Source of the DNA: an uncultured Chloroflexia bacterium | GTDB taxonomy: Bacteria > Chloroflexota > Anaerolineae > Anaerolineales > UBA4823 | Assembly: GCA_963714425.1 (NCBI GenBank) | Contig: CAVQOI010000014.1 | Span: 50,252-114,251 of the forward strand | Length of the DNA stretch: 64,000 bases | Reading direction: 5' to 3' | Shown: piece by piece, positions 28,474 through 38,533 of the stretch | How the letters are laid out: every line of letters starts with the position of its first letter | Numbering within the stretch: position 1 is the first letter of the stretch | Translations under genes and position numbers: made by a program | Notes under the pieces: generated by a model | Databases searched by the model: none | The model's input: the letters and a program-made list of their open reading frames with translations, nothing else | What the model was told of the DNA's origin: nothing

Positions 28474-29235
28474 TTATTCGGATCTCACCTGCCCTTTGTA
28501 CTTCTCCCAATCCTCATCGCTCTCGAGCGTTACCACCCGATAGGCTTCTGCATATGCCATTTCTTTTCCCTTGGCACGTTCAGCTGCCCATTCCTTGATC
28601 CGTGGCTCCGGGTCCCAATCACGCATCTGGCTCTTATGAGCTCGTAGCGCCGAAATCTTGGTATCAATGGTGTCAGTGATGTTCACGTATAGCTCGTTCT
28701 GCGCCAAGCCGGTAACGTAGACTTTACGAGGTTTGTGTGCGGACAAGCCCTCTTCCTCGAGCTCTTCAAATAAATTCGGTTGCCCGGCTGCGGGAAAGGT
28801 TGCATCCAGTGCAGCCGTGGCAGCTGCTCGGTGATCGGGGTGGTTGATGTAGCTATCACCTGCCCAGACGATGGTTGGATCGCCGCATACGACCACCTCA
28901 GGGCGGAATCTACGGATTTCTCGCACAAGTTGCTTGCGCAAATCAAGGGTGGGGAAGAGCATGCCATCTGGCTCTCGCAAGAAGACAACATCTTTTGCAC
29001 CGACGATTTCCGCAGCCTGGCGCTGCTCAGCTTCTCGAATGTCGGTGGCTTGAGCCTTGGTCATGCCTGCATCAGCGATTCCCACCTCGCCACTCGTACA
29101 TAGCACATAGCCAAGGCGCGTCCCAGCCTTTGCCCAGCGTGCCAGGGTTCCAGCACAAGAGAATTCAATGTCGTCGGGATGAGCTACGATAATTAATGCG
29201 CTCTCCGGGATATAGAAGCTATTGTTATTATCCAT
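28474..29235 (-). CDS. PIG-L family deacetylase (MshB/BshB-like)
   Basis: AHPDDIE, TSGE, REAEQ, NHPDH, AHKSQ, AEAY. Confidence 0.9.
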   Translation of the reverse strand: MDNNNSFYIPESALIIVAHPDDIEFSCAGTLARWAKAGTRLGYVLCTSGEVGIADAGMTKAQATDIREAEQRQAAEIVGAKDVVFLREPDGMLFPTLDLRKQLVREIRRFRPEVVVCGDPTIVWAGDSYINHPDHRAAATAALDATFPAAGQPNLFEELEEEGLSAHKPRKVYVTGLAQNELYVNITDTIDTKISALRAHKSQMRDWDPEPRIKEWAAERAKGKEMAYAEAYRVVTLESDEDWEKYKGQVRSE

Positions 29236-29369
29236 TCCACAACCTCAGGTTTTTCATTGTACGAGCAGGCTATGCTCGCAGCCTCTACTCGATAAAGGAA
29301 ACAATAATGCAAGGCAAATTCTAACCGATAATCATAGGATTACCCTGAATTTTTCACCAAATGATCTGA

Positions 29370-29398
29370 TTGACATCTATGCAGGTTCCCTCTATACT
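29370..29398 (+). promoter_or_regulatory. Sigma70-type promoter of the acyl-CoA ligase gene
   Basis: TTGACA-17 bp-TATACT. Confidence 0.7.
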
Positions 29399-29447
29399 AT
29401 TTATATATCCCGTTCAATTCAGTCGCACAATAATTCAGGAGGAGGAA

Positions 29448-31130
29448 ATGGACGAGCGACCATGGCTCAAGCGTTACGATAGCGGAGTGCCGCAACACAT
29501 TGATTATCCGGATATCCCACTATTTGATTTGCTGGAGCAAGCAGCCCAGAAATATCCCGATGCTCCTTGCACTATTTTCAAGGGGGCCAAGATCTCGTAC
29601 AAGGAGATGGATGAGCTGACCGACCAGCTCGCGGCTGGACTGGCTTCGTTGGGGGTAAAAAAGGGTGATCGCGTAGGAATATTCATGCCCAATACACCCC
29701 AGTTTGTATTGGCGTACTTTGCCATCCTCAAAGCAGGTGGGGTTGTTGTGGCAACGAACCCTCTCTATAGCGCAAGGGAGATCGAACACCAGATCAACGA
29801 TGCTGGTGTAGAGACCATGCTGGTTATGAGCAATTTCTATAACCTGGTCAAACAAGTACAGCCCAAGACGAAAATCCGTAACCTGATTGTCACCAACTTG
29901 AAGGAATCGTTGCCCCCAGTCCTGGCTTTTCTATTCACGTTAACACGAGAAAAGAAAGGTGGCTTCCGGGTAACGCTTGCAGAAGGTGATATTTGGTTGC
30001 CAGATCTGTTGGCGAAGCATAAACCAGAGGATCGTCCTAAGGTTGAGATTGGTGCTGACGATGTAGCCCTGTTCCAATATAGTGGGGGCACAACGGGAAT
30101 TTCCAAGGGCGCAATTGCGCTGCACCGAAATCTAATCGCCAATGCCTTGCAAATCCGTGCTTGGATTACGAATGCCGAAGAAGGCAATGAGACAACTTTG
30201 ATGGCTATTCCGCTCTTCCATGTCTATGGCATGGTTGCCGGGATGCTTTTCTCAATTCGCTGTGGCTCAGCAATGGTGATGGTGCCTAACCCACGGGATC
30301 TCAAGGATGTTCTCACCAATATACAAAAATACAAGACAACGATTTTCCCGGGAGTCCCCACCCTGTATAACGCCATTAACAACCACCCCGATGTCCTGGC
30401 GAATAAATTCGACTTGAGCTCAATCAAGGCCTGCATCTCCGGGTCGGCACCCCTGATGCGAGAAACGAAAGAGAATTTTGAAAGCTTGACCGGTGGAAAG
30501 CTCTTCGAAGGTTACGGCCTTTCGGAAGCTCCTACGGCGAGCCACTGCAACCCCTTAATGGGAGAAAACCGAACGGGCTCTATTGGCTTGCCTCTTCCAG
30601 ATGTAGATTGCCGTATTATCAGCCTCGACGACGAAGTCACTGTTCTCCCTGCGGGGGAGATTGGAGAGCTGGTTCTGAAAGGCCCAATGGTTTTTTATGG
30701 CTACCATAATATGCCCACCGAGACGGCGAACGCCTTACGTGATGGCTGGCTCTACACGGGTGATATCGCCCGCATGGATGAGGAAGGATATTTCTACATT
30801 GTGGACCGCAAGAAGGAGCTGATTAAGCCGGGTGGTTATCAAGTCTGGCCGAGAGAGGTTGAAGAGGTGATCGCCGCGCACCCGAAGGTCCTGGAAGTAG
30901 GCGTGGCTGGGATTCCAGACCCCTATCGCGGTGAAACGGTCAAAGCCTGGGTAGTCGTTAAACCGGGCGAGTCCCTCTCGGACGAGGAAATCAAAGATTG
31001 GTGCAAGGAGCGGATGGCGAAGTTCAAAGTGCCCACACATATTGAATACCGCAACGAGCTTCCTAAGACAACCGTGGGTAAAATCCTGCGGCGGGAGCTA
31101 GTGCGGCAGCACCGTGAGTCATCCGATTAA
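29448..31130 (+). CDS. Long-chain fatty acid--CoA ligase
   Basis: GGAGG RBS; YSGGTTGISKG, EGYGLSE, TGDIA, DRKKELI, PKTTVGKILR. Confidence 0.93.
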   Translation: MDERPWLKRYDSGVPQHIDYPDIPLFDLLEQAAQKYPDAPCTIFKGAKISYKEMDELTDQLAAGLASLGVKKGDRVGIFMPNTPQFVLAYFAILKAGGVVVATNPLYSAREIEHQINDAGVETMLVMSNFYNLVKQVQPKTKIRNLIVTNLKESLPPVLAFLFTLTREKKGGFRVTLAEGDIWLPDLLAKHKPEDRPKVEIGADDVALFQYSGGTTGISKGAIALHRNLIANALQIRAWITNAEEGNETTLMAIPLFHVYGMVAGMLFSIRCGSAMVMVPNPRDLKDVLTNIQKYKTTIFPGVPTLYNAINNHPDVLANKFDLSSIKACISGSAPLMRETKENFESLTGGKLFEGYGLSEAPTASHCNPLMGENRTGSIGLPLPDVDCRIISLDDEVTVLPAGEIGELVLKGPMVFYGYHNMPTETANALRDGWLYTGDIARMDEEGYFYIVDRKKELIKPGGYQVWPREVEEVIAAHPKVLEVGVAGIPDPYRGETVKAWVVVKPGESLSDEEIKDWCKERMAKFKVPTHIEYRNELPKTTVGKILRRELVRQHRESSD

Positions 31131-31150
31131 GTAAGTAGCACAGGGAATTG

Positions 31151-31185
31151 GAAAGGGCGGGTCAAATCCCGCCCTTTCTTCATTT
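31151..31185. terminator. Intrinsic terminator between convergent genes
   Basis: GAAAGGGCGGG-tcaaat-CCCGCCCTTTC followed by TTCATTT. Confidence 0.75.
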
Positions 31186-31186
31186 C

Positions 31187-32518
31187 TCAACCTTTCTTTT
31201 CCTCGGGTTTGGCTCCCGAGGAGCGAACATTGACAATTTTCTTCAGGATCTCGAACCAGAAGGGGGCACCTTGCATTGCTGCTACGCCCGTGATCGCAAT
31301 TCCCAATAATTTTGTGAGAATACCCCACCCTCGCGGTGGGTTCGTCCATCGCTTGCAGGTTCCATTAACCGGCAGACCGATGACTTCCTTCTGTACCTGA
31401 GCCTCCGTTGGCGAGCTGAGGAATAATGTACACCTGTCCGCTGCCGGGTTGAACTCACCCGGACCCAAAGACTCGAAGGTCCAGCCTACCGGCAACTGCA
31501 ATCCAGCCAATGTGCTCTGCATTCGGTTGACGATCTCGACGGGATTGGTCGCTGGAAGACCCGGTTGGTTTGCGGCTGGTAACTGGTATATCTCCGCAGC
31601 TTTCACCAGGCTCTGCCTCAAAGCAGGTTGGATCCACAGGCGTGTGGCGATTTCTATCGTATCAACGTTGAGGAGTATAGCCAGACAAATGCCGATCGTT
31701 AACGCCCATACCTGCATGCTGCGTTTGTACCAACCGCTAGCGCGATCCATGGTGTCATTGAACCACTTCTCAGCATGCGCTCGCGCCATTTCCAGCTTGT
31801 TTTCACCTTCTTTGATGAAGGTCTCTGCCTGTTGGATGAAGTCATCCAACGTTTGCTTAAGGTGAACATTCTCGACAGTGAGCATGTCAGCCCCGCGCCT
31901 CAAGGCTTGCAGGGCTCGGGCCTCGGTTACTGGCAAGAGAGAATGGACGATCGTATCAAATATTGGGTCGAGGTCGTAATCGGTATATTGTTGAGTGAAT
32001 GACTCAATCTCTTTTCTCAGCCTGACAAGTTTGATTGGGTCATCCTTGCTCTCACCAGCCTTTTTCTGTAGCTCAGCAATGCCTGTTTCTAACCCGACCC
32101 GCAATTCTTGGGGAACCAGCTCTGTGTAAGCCTTCAGCTTTTCCAGGGCTTGGTTGATGGTGGACGAATCGCTGCCGGCGGTCATCACCGTATCGAAGAG
32201 TGCGAGAACAAATATGTCCGCAGGGATATACGACGGTTTCCCAGTCCCCTTACGCAGCGATTTGACCAAGGGATGGCTGTAGATCTTTTCAAGCATCCCG
32301 GAGCTGTGCTCTGGTTTCATGGTGCTGGCTCCTGGCAAATCCCCGACAACGGGCTGGAGGGCCTCGGCGAGCATCTCGCGCAAGATATCCTCCAGATCAT
32401 TTGCTCGCTTGTTAAGCATGCCGGCAATCCACTCCTGGAAGCTCATGACTGCCACACTGATAAGGATGTAAACTAAAATGAGACCGATAGCGACACCGGT
32501 CAGCTCTTCGAGATACAT
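31187..32518 (-). CDS. Uncharacterized membrane protein
   Basis: GGAGG RBS; N-terminal TM, HPLVKSL..PSYIP, helical region, WFNDTMDRASGWYKR, LPVGW, GAPFWFEIL. Confidence 0.75.
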   Translation of the reverse strand: MYLEELTGVAIGLILVYILISVAVMSFQEWIAGMLNKRANDLEDILREMLAEALQPVVGDLPGASTMKPEHSSGMLEKIYSHPLVKSLRKGTGKPSYIPADIFVLALFDTVMTAGSDSSTINQALEKLKAYTELVPQELRVGLETGIAELQKKAGESKDDPIKLVRLRKEIESFTQQYTDYDLDPIFDTIVHSLLPVTEARALQALRRGADMLTVENVHLKQTLDDFIQQAETFIKEGENKLEMARAHAEKWFNDTMDRASGWYKRSMQVWALTIGICLAILLNVDTIEIATRLWIQPALRQSLVKAAEIYQLPAANQPGLPATNPVEIVNRMQSTLAGLQLPVGWTFESLGPGEFNPAADRCTLFLSSPTEAQVQKEVIGLPVNGTCKRWTNPPRGWGILTKLLGIAITGVAAMQGAPFWFEILKKIVNVRSSGAKPEEKKG

Positions 32519-32577
32519 GTTTCCTCCTTATCTCACAACAGTGCAGGGTGCATCCCGCCCGCTATGAACGCTCTGCT

Positions 32578-33444
32578 CTAATGAAGAACAGGGAAATAGC
32601 ACAATCCAGCCGTTCCTGGTCCTGTATGCACTCCCAGAGCTGGCGATAATTCTGCGATCACCGATTCCACACAGTTGAGGCGCCCCTCAACCAAGGATTT
32701 GATTTTTTCCGCTTCCTCGAGTGCGGCGGCATGCACGTAAGCAACCTTGATCTTCCCCATCAAGCCTACAGCGGACACTACTTTTTCAACCATCATTTGG
32801 TAGGCTCGGCTGCGGCTGCGTGCTGAGCCTAACGGGACGATGATGCCATCTTCCATGGTGATAAGGGGTTTGATATTGAGCAGTGTGCCAACAAGGTGCT
32901 TGGCTTTTCCAATTCTTCCCCCCAGATAGAGATATTTAAGTGTATCCGCTGTCTGGATCATGCGGGTAATTGGAATCATCTGGCGTACACGAGTGACAAC
33001 CTCGCCTAAGGATCTGCCTTTCAGTGCATCACGGGCGCCTTCGATGACCATCCAGCCATGACTCATAGAGACATTCAGTGTGTCGATTACTTCAATCTTT
33101 ACCTTGGGAAGGACATCAACAGCCAAAGCTTGCGCATCTTTTGCGGCCTGGTAAGCTCCGCTGCCTTTGGAAGTCATGTGGATGCTTACAATCTCACAGA
33201 TACCCTGCTCAGCAAGTGATTTGTAGGTACTCAGGTAATCCCCAGATCCAGGGGCAGCCGTCTTTGGTAGCTCTCTGGCGCTCGGGAGCCAGTCATAGAA
33301 TGGTCCTCGCTGGATGCTTACCAGATCACGCAGCACCTCTGTGCCGCGGTAGATGTAATAAGGCACCCACTGAATTTTAAGAGTCTCTAACAATGATTCT
33401 GGGATGCTTGCGCAGCTATCGGTGACAATCGCAACTTTGGCCAC
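32578..33444 (-). CDS. DegV family fatty acid-binding protein
   Basis: VAIVTDSCA, SG.YQ, DTLNVS, LYLGGRIG, LLNIKP, GVHTGPG. Confidence 0.92.
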   Translation of the reverse strand: MAKVAIVTDSCASIPESLLETLKIQWVPYYIYRGTEVLRDLVSIQRGPFYDWLPSARELPKTAAPGSGDYLSTYKSLAEQGICEIVSIHMTSKGSGAYQAAKDAQALAVDVLPKVKIEVIDTLNVSMSHGWMVIEGARDALKGRSLGEVVTRVRQMIPITRMIQTADTLKYLYLGGRIGKAKHLVGTLLNIKPLITMEDGIIVPLGSARSRSRAYQMMVEKVVSAVGLMGKIKVAYVHAAALEEAEKIKSLVEGRLNCVESVIAELSPALGVHTGPGTAGLCYFPVLH

Positions 33445-33501
33445 GTTTCTCTCCGCGGGGATTATTAGTGATCGTCCATACTAATTATATCGTCGGAAAC
33501 A

Positions 33502-34509
33502 TCAGACTTGAGCCGGTTCAACTCCCAGGAAACCTAAGATGGCAGGAGCAACGTCGGTGATTGAGAACTCGAGGTAACTGACCTGATCCATAAAAGCTTC
33601 AGGATCATTTTGAGAATGACGACGCGTGGCAGATGCCCTGGCATAAGCAACAAATTGCTCACGCAGCTCTGGTGCACCAATAACCAACCCTGGCACTGGA
33701 TTGGTCGTATGCCGGCGGGTGGAAAGGTCCTCGATATTTCCGTGATCTGAGGTGAGCAGGATCAAGCCATGCTCATCTTCCCAGCTGGAAACCAGGCTAC
33801 CAAAAGCCTGATCGAATGTTTCCAACAGTGCGCACGCAGCCTGCAGGTCCTGCTTGTGCCCAGCGTAATCGCTAAGCCAGTACTCGAAAAGCGAGAAATC
33901 GTATTGTTTTGCCAGGGATGCCAGCCGCCTCCCGGCTTGAGCCGGCGTAAGCACGGGTGTATCGCTCAAGCTCAGGTGGGTGTGCCAGGCTTTGGCAGTC
34001 AGGTCGGCAGCAATCGCTTTTTCAGCTTTCAGGTCCTGCGCTGTTTTCAGCGGAATTCCTGCACTGGTCACTGCCAGGGGGATGGATGAGTACATGCGGT
34101 GCCCACTCTCTATCGCAGCGAAATAGCGGGGAGGGTAAGCATTCAGTAAGGCTGTTTTTAACCCATTTCCTAAAACCGAGGTGAAAAGGTTTCCGTTGTG
34201 CAGGAACTCAGAGACAGCTGCATTGGGTTTGGGTCCGTAATGATATCCGAGCGCACCAGGGACATTCTGCCCGGTAAGAAGGACAGCTTGACCGCTTGCG
34301 GACTGAGGAAGCCCAGGCACTCCCAGACAGGCGTCAAGCGGCAAAAGGGTGGCACGATCAGTAGTAAGCACTCTCGTGTTCACTAGACGCTCACCACCCA
34401 ACAAGGTGCGCATCGCAGGCATGTCTGCCCGCGCCAGAGGATTGGTTTCGGGGGCATCAGGACCTAATCCGACACCATCAAGAAAGAGAAATAAAACCCT
34501 GTTTGACAT
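33502..34509 (-). CDS. Alkaline-phosphatase-superfamily metalloenzyme (iPGM/phosphopentomutase-like)
   Basis: FLFLDGVG, PQSASGQ, DYAGH, TSDHGN, RHT.NPVP. Confidence 0.75.
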   Translation of the reverse strand: MSNRVLFLFLDGVGLGPDAPETNPLARADMPAMRTLLGGERLVNTRVLTTDRATLLPLDACLGVPGLPQSASGQAVLLTGQNVPGALGYHYGPKPNAAVSEFLHNGNLFTSVLGNGLKTALLNAYPPRYFAAIESGHRMYSSIPLAVTSAGIPLKTAQDLKAEKAIAADLTAKAWHTHLSLSDTPVLTPAQAGRRLASLAKQYDFSLFEYWLSDYAGHKQDLQAACALLETFDQAFGSLVSSWEDEHGLILLTSDHGNIEDLSTRRHTTNPVPGLVIGAPELREQFVAYARASATRRHSQNDPEAFMDQVSYLEFSITDVAPAILGFLGVEPAQV

Positions 34510-35094
34510 CTAGCAATCGTCTTCCGTCTGGCGTCGAAAGGTGAACCAGGCTGAAGGGCGTTGACCTCGTTCGGTGCCGTCCTGGCGTTGAACGAGATTG
34601 AGCCTTTCCTGCAACTTCTCGACATCAGAATTAATTAAGCCTGGACCATTCGCAAATGGGTCCCTGAAAAATGCATATAACAAAAATGATCCATCTTCCG
34701 AGAGCAAACGTACCAAATTATTCCGATACGCCTCTCTGGCTGTGATGGATAATGAATGGAAGCACCCGATGTCGAGAATCAGGTTGAATGATCCTGAAAT
34801 CTCAGCTAAGGAAGAGGCATCACCAACACGAAACTCGGCTTTGACACCTGCCAGGCTTGCCTTACGGCGGGCCTGTAAGATCGCCCGCCAGGCGAAATCG
34901 ATTCCGGTGACTTGCCAACCATGGCGTGCAAGAGTCACTACGTTTGTTCCCGTTCCGCACCCGAGATCCAGTGCCTTCCCTGGGGGGTGGGAGTCGATGA
35001 AAGCGAATAATTCCGGAGGGGATATTCCCGTATCCCAGGGTGGATCTCCAAAGTACCATAGGTTAAAGATCAGTCGACTCCAAAAGCTCATCAC
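34510..35094 (-). CDS. Class I SAM-dependent methyltransferase (TPMT/TehB-like)
   Basis: PPWDTG, ALDLGCGTG, GIDF, DIGCFH. Confidence 0.85.
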   Translation of the reverse strand: MMSFWSRLIFNLWYFGDPPWDTGISPPELFAFIDSHPPGKALDLGCGTGTNVVTLARHGWQVTGIDFAWRAILQARRKASLAGVKAEFRVGDASSLAEISGSFNLILDIGCFHSLSITAREAYRNNLVRLLSEDGSFLLYAFFRDPFANGPGLINSDVEKLQERLNLVQRQDGTERGQRPSAWFTFRRQTEDDC

Positions 35095-35177
35095 CTCTTG
35101 ATTTTACCTGATAAATATCATCCGAATATTGAATGTGCTTGAAAGCCTCTTGTTCAGAATGGATTCTTCCACTTTGT

Positions 35178-35206
35178 TTGACAAGCAAGACGATTTCCCT
35201 TACAAT
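35178..35206 (+). promoter_or_regulatory. Sigma70-type promoter of the EF-G paralog
   Basis: TTGACA-17 bp-TACAAT. Confidence 0.75.
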
Positions 35207-35246
35207 CTATGGCTGCTCTTATTCTTCTCTCACGAAAGGCTCTCAG

Positions 35247-37319
35247 ATGAAAGAGTACACCACCGAGAATATCCGCAATATTGCACTCGCCTCACATAGC
35301 GGCTCAGGGAAGACGATGTTGGTTGAAGCTTTCCTGCACTTCAGTGGGGCAACAACACGCCTGGGTCGTGTGGAAGAGGGGACAACTGCCTCCGATTTTG
35401 AGGAGGAGGAGCTAAGACGCGAGCTGTCACTCTCTACTGCAATCCTCCCCGTTGAATATAAAGATTTTAAAATAAACTTCCTCGACACTCCAGGCTATAC
35501 AGATTTTGTTGGCGAGGTAATCTCAGCTTTGCGTGTATCCGATGGAGCGATTGTCCTTGTAGATTCTGTGGCTGGGGCGGAGGTGGGTACAGAGATTGCC
35601 TGGAGTTATTGTGATGTTTTTAACCTGCCACGATTTGTGGTCATCAACAAGATGAATCGGGATAATGCTAATTATCGAAAGGCGCTAGCATCTATCCAAA
35701 ACCTCTCGGATACACGTTTGATTCCCGTCCAGCTTCCCTGGGGTGAGAAACTTGATTTTAATGGCGTAATCGATCTGCTCACGATGAAGGCTTATGCTGG
35801 GGATGGCAAACAGCCTGAGGCAATCCCGGAAGACCTCTCTGAGGAAGCTAATGCAGCGCGAATGGAGTTGATCGAAGCAGCTGCCGAAGGCGAAGACGCT
35901 CTGTTGGAAAAATACCTGGAGGGTACAGATCTTACGGCTGAGGAGATCCAGCGAGGTTTGCGGAATGTGGTGCGATCAGGCAGTTACATCCCGGTGTTTG
36001 TTGCTGCAGGTTCTGCAGAGATTGGAATTGCCTCTCTTTTGGATGCAATAATTTCATTAATGCCCTCTCCAAAAGATATTCCTCCAGTGAAAGCGGAAGG
36101 CAAGGGTGCAGAAGAAGAGATCTCCGCTGTGGATAGTGGCCCTCTAGCGGCTTATGTGTGGAAAACAACTGCAGATCCTTTTGTGGGGAAGATCACTTAC
36201 TTCAGAATCTACTCAGGAACCCTGGCCTCGGATTCGAGAGTGTGGAACCAGGCCAAAGGAGCAGAAGAGCGCCTGGGCACCCTTCACTTGCTGCGAGGAA
36301 AAGAGCAGATCGCGGTCAAGGTTGTCCATTCCGGAGATATTGCAACCGTCCCAAAATTGTCATCGACTACTACAGGTGACACGCTTACAGACAAAGGTCA
36401 CCCCTTGGTGCTGCCTGTCCCGGAATACCCGAATGCGCTCTACCAGGTAGCAGTCACGCCAAAAACTCAGGCTGACTCCGCCAAGATCAGCCCGACCCTG
36501 ACGCGTTTGTGCGAAGAGGACATGACTCTTTCCTGGCGTCAGGAGCCAGCGACCAACCAGACGATTCTGCAGGGGATGGGAGACCAGCATATCGACGTCG
36601 CCATCCGTAAAGCTGAGACAAAATTCCAGACCAGCCTGATATCCGAATTACCCAAGGTACCCTACCAGGAATCGATCACAAAACAAGGACAGGCGATGTA
36701 CAGGCACAAGAAACAGACCGGAGGAGCAGGCCAGTTCGGCGAGGTGCACATGCGCATTGAACCCCTACCTGACGAGGATTATGCCTTCTCCAACAACGTG
36801 TTTGGGGGTGCGATCTCAAACAGTTATATGCCTGCCATCGAAAAAGGGATTAAATCTGTGATGAAAGATGGTGCTATCGCCGGTTTCCCGATCAAGAATT
36901 TCAAGGTCTCTGTCTTCGACGGCAAAGAGCACCCGGTAAACTCAAAACCCGTGGCATTCGAAATCGCGGGACGAGAAGCCTTCAAGCTCGCAGTAAAGGA
37001 TGCTGCACCAGTATTGCTCGAGCCGATCATGAATGTGCGCACCACCGTACCCGAGTCGAATATGGGAGACGTTCTGGGAGATCTCAATACTCGCCGTGCT
37101 CGTGTCCAGGGAATGGATTCCGAGAGGGGCAGATCAGTCGTAACAGCACAGGTGCCCCTGGCAGAGATGCAGCGTTATACGACGGATTTAAGATCGATCA
37201 CCGGGGGGAGAGGTGTGTTCACGATGGAATTTTCGCACTACGAGGTCGTACCTGCACACCTGGCATCTGATATCATCGACGCTCGTCAAAAAGAACTACA
37301 AGCGGCGAAAGAGGATTGA
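35247..37319 (+). CDS. fusA: Elongation factor G paralog (EF-G2 type), outside the str operon
   Basis: IRNIALASHSGSGKT, DTPGYTDF, HKKQTGGAGQFG, LLEPIM, GDLNTRR; about 690 aa. Confidence 0.9.
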   Translation: MKEYTTENIRNIALASHSGSGKTMLVEAFLHFSGATTRLGRVEEGTTASDFEEEELRRELSLSTAILPVEYKDFKINFLDTPGYTDFVGEVISALRVSDGAIVLVDSVAGAEVGTEIAWSYCDVFNLPRFVVINKMNRDNANYRKALASIQNLSDTRLIPVQLPWGEKLDFNGVIDLLTMKAYAGDGKQPEAIPEDLSEEANAARMELIEAAAEGEDALLEKYLEGTDLTAEEIQRGLRNVVRSGSYIPVFVAAGSAEIGIASLLDAIISLMPSPKDIPPVKAEGKGAEEEISAVDSGPLAAYVWKTTADPFVGKITYFRIYSGTLASDSRVWNQAKGAEERLGTLHLLRGKEQIAVKVVHSGDIATVPKLSSTTTGDTLTDKGHPLVLPVPEYPNALYQVAVTPKTQADSAKISPTLTRLCEEDMTLSWRQEPATNQTILQGMGDQHIDVAIRKAETKFQTSLISELPKVPYQESITKQGQAMYRHKKQTGGAGQFGEVHMRIEPLPDEDYAFSNNVFGGAISNSYMPAIEKGIKSVMKDGAIAGFPIKNFKVSVFDGKEHPVNSKPVAFEIAGREAFKLAVKDAAPVLLEPIMNVRTTVPESNMGDVLGDLNTRRARVQGMDSERGRSVVTAQVPLAEMQRYTTDLRSITGGRGVFTMEFSHYEVVPAHLASDIIDARQKELQAAKED

Positions 37320-37327
37320 TTATAAAC

Positions 37328-37354
37328 CTTCCCCCCTTCGAAGAAGGGGGGAAG
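37328..37354. terminator. Bidirectional terminator hairpin
   Basis: CTTCCCCCCTTC-gaa-GAAGGGGGGAAG between convergent fusA and MFS genes. Confidence 0.7.
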
Positions 37355-37370
37355 TGCTTTATACACACGA

Positions 37371-38528
37371 TCATCCCATCTCTTGTTGGGTAGCTGGTTG
37401 TGCTGGTTGCTTTGCGTGGCGCCCATTGCTGATTACAATGTTTGCCACGAATGCCACCGCAATCGCGCCCAGGCTTACAGAATAGACACTCGCAGGATTA
37501 ATATCATACAAGAATCCTGCCAGGGTTGGTGCTAGGAATAAGGCCAGGGCGGTCATTGTTTCAGCAAGGCCAAATGCCAATCCCATATTTGCTCCACTCA
37601 CTACAGAACGAATATATGCAGTCGCCAGCAAACGTGCTGAACGGAAGCCGCCCATTAAGAAGAATGCCAGGGAATAAACCGGCATGCTATTCCCACGCCA
37701 CAGTAGGACAGCGAAAGCCGCGACTGCTACATGGCCGATCAGATATCCTAACTTTGTGTTAAGTTGACCCAGGATGAGGTTGAGTGCTACGATCCCCAGG
37801 CTGTTAATCGAAAAAAGTTGTCCAATTTGTGCAAGCCTAATACCGCGTTCATTCTGCAAGAAATTGGGTGAGAGCGGCTGCGGTAAATACATGGCGAAGG
37901 TCGCCAGCAGGTACGCGCCGATAAACAAAAGATAGCGTTGATTCTTAAAAAGCAGGGATTTGTTATCCCCAGGTTGATGGGTTTCGACTGGCTGTGGGCG
38001 GATAAATAAGATCACAAAGGTTGAGACAAGGAACAAGCAGGCAGCGAATAGAAAAATAACGCGGTAGCCTGCCCGTTCACCGATCATACCACCCAAAAGT
38101 GGGCCAAGGATCGCTCCAGCGTTATAGCTGGTGGATACCAGGGTCAGAACACGCCCGACGGAGAGTTTGCCGCTGGCAGCTGTGACGTAGCTATTCATCG
38201 GTGAGACGACAAACATGGTCATGCTGTAAATGAGCATGCCGGCAGCAAACACGGGAAGGTCGTTTGCTAACGCCATAATCCATGTGGCAGCCGCACCGAT
38301 AAACCAGGCGGCCCACATCAGGGGTCTACGACCGATGCGGTCCGCAAGGTAGCCTGCTGGAATATGCGCCAATGTGGCTGCAAGTCCATACCCGCCGATG
38401 ATTGCCCCAATTCGCAGTGGATCCGCTCCGAGCTGTTGTAGGTATAACGATTGGAAAGGGATGAACGAGCTTTCCCCTACACCCCAAGTAAAAAGGGAGA
38501 TTGCGATTAATATGAGATCTCGGTTCAT
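37371..38528 (-). CDS. MFS transporter
   Basis: 12 hydrophobic segments, motif A GYLADRIGRR, GPLLGG. Confidence 0.88.
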   Translation of the reverse strand: MNRDLILIAISLFTWGVGESSFIPFQSLYLQQLGADPLRIGAIIGGYGLAATLAHIPAGYLADRIGRRPLMWAAWFIGAAATWIMALANDLPVFAAGMLIYSMTMFVVSPMNSYVTAASGKLSVGRVLTLVSTSYNAGAILGPLLGGMIGERAGYRVIFLFAACLFLVSTFVILFIRPQPVETHQPGDNKSLLFKNQRYLLFIGAYLLATFAMYLPQPLSPNFLQNERGIRLAQIGQLFSINSLGIVALNLILGQLNTKLGYLIGHVAVAAFAVLLWRGNSMPVYSLAFFLMGGFRSARLLATAYIRSVVSGANMGLAFGLAETMTALALFLAPTLAGFLYDINPASVYSVSLGAIAVAFVANIVISNGRHAKQPAQPATQQEMG

Positions 38529-38533
38529 GCCGC

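Noticed and set aside
29260..29289. Hairpin CGAGCAGGCT...AGCCTCTACTCG upstream of the PIG-L gene
   Set aside because: Short and imperfect, with no riboswitch motif or U-tract.
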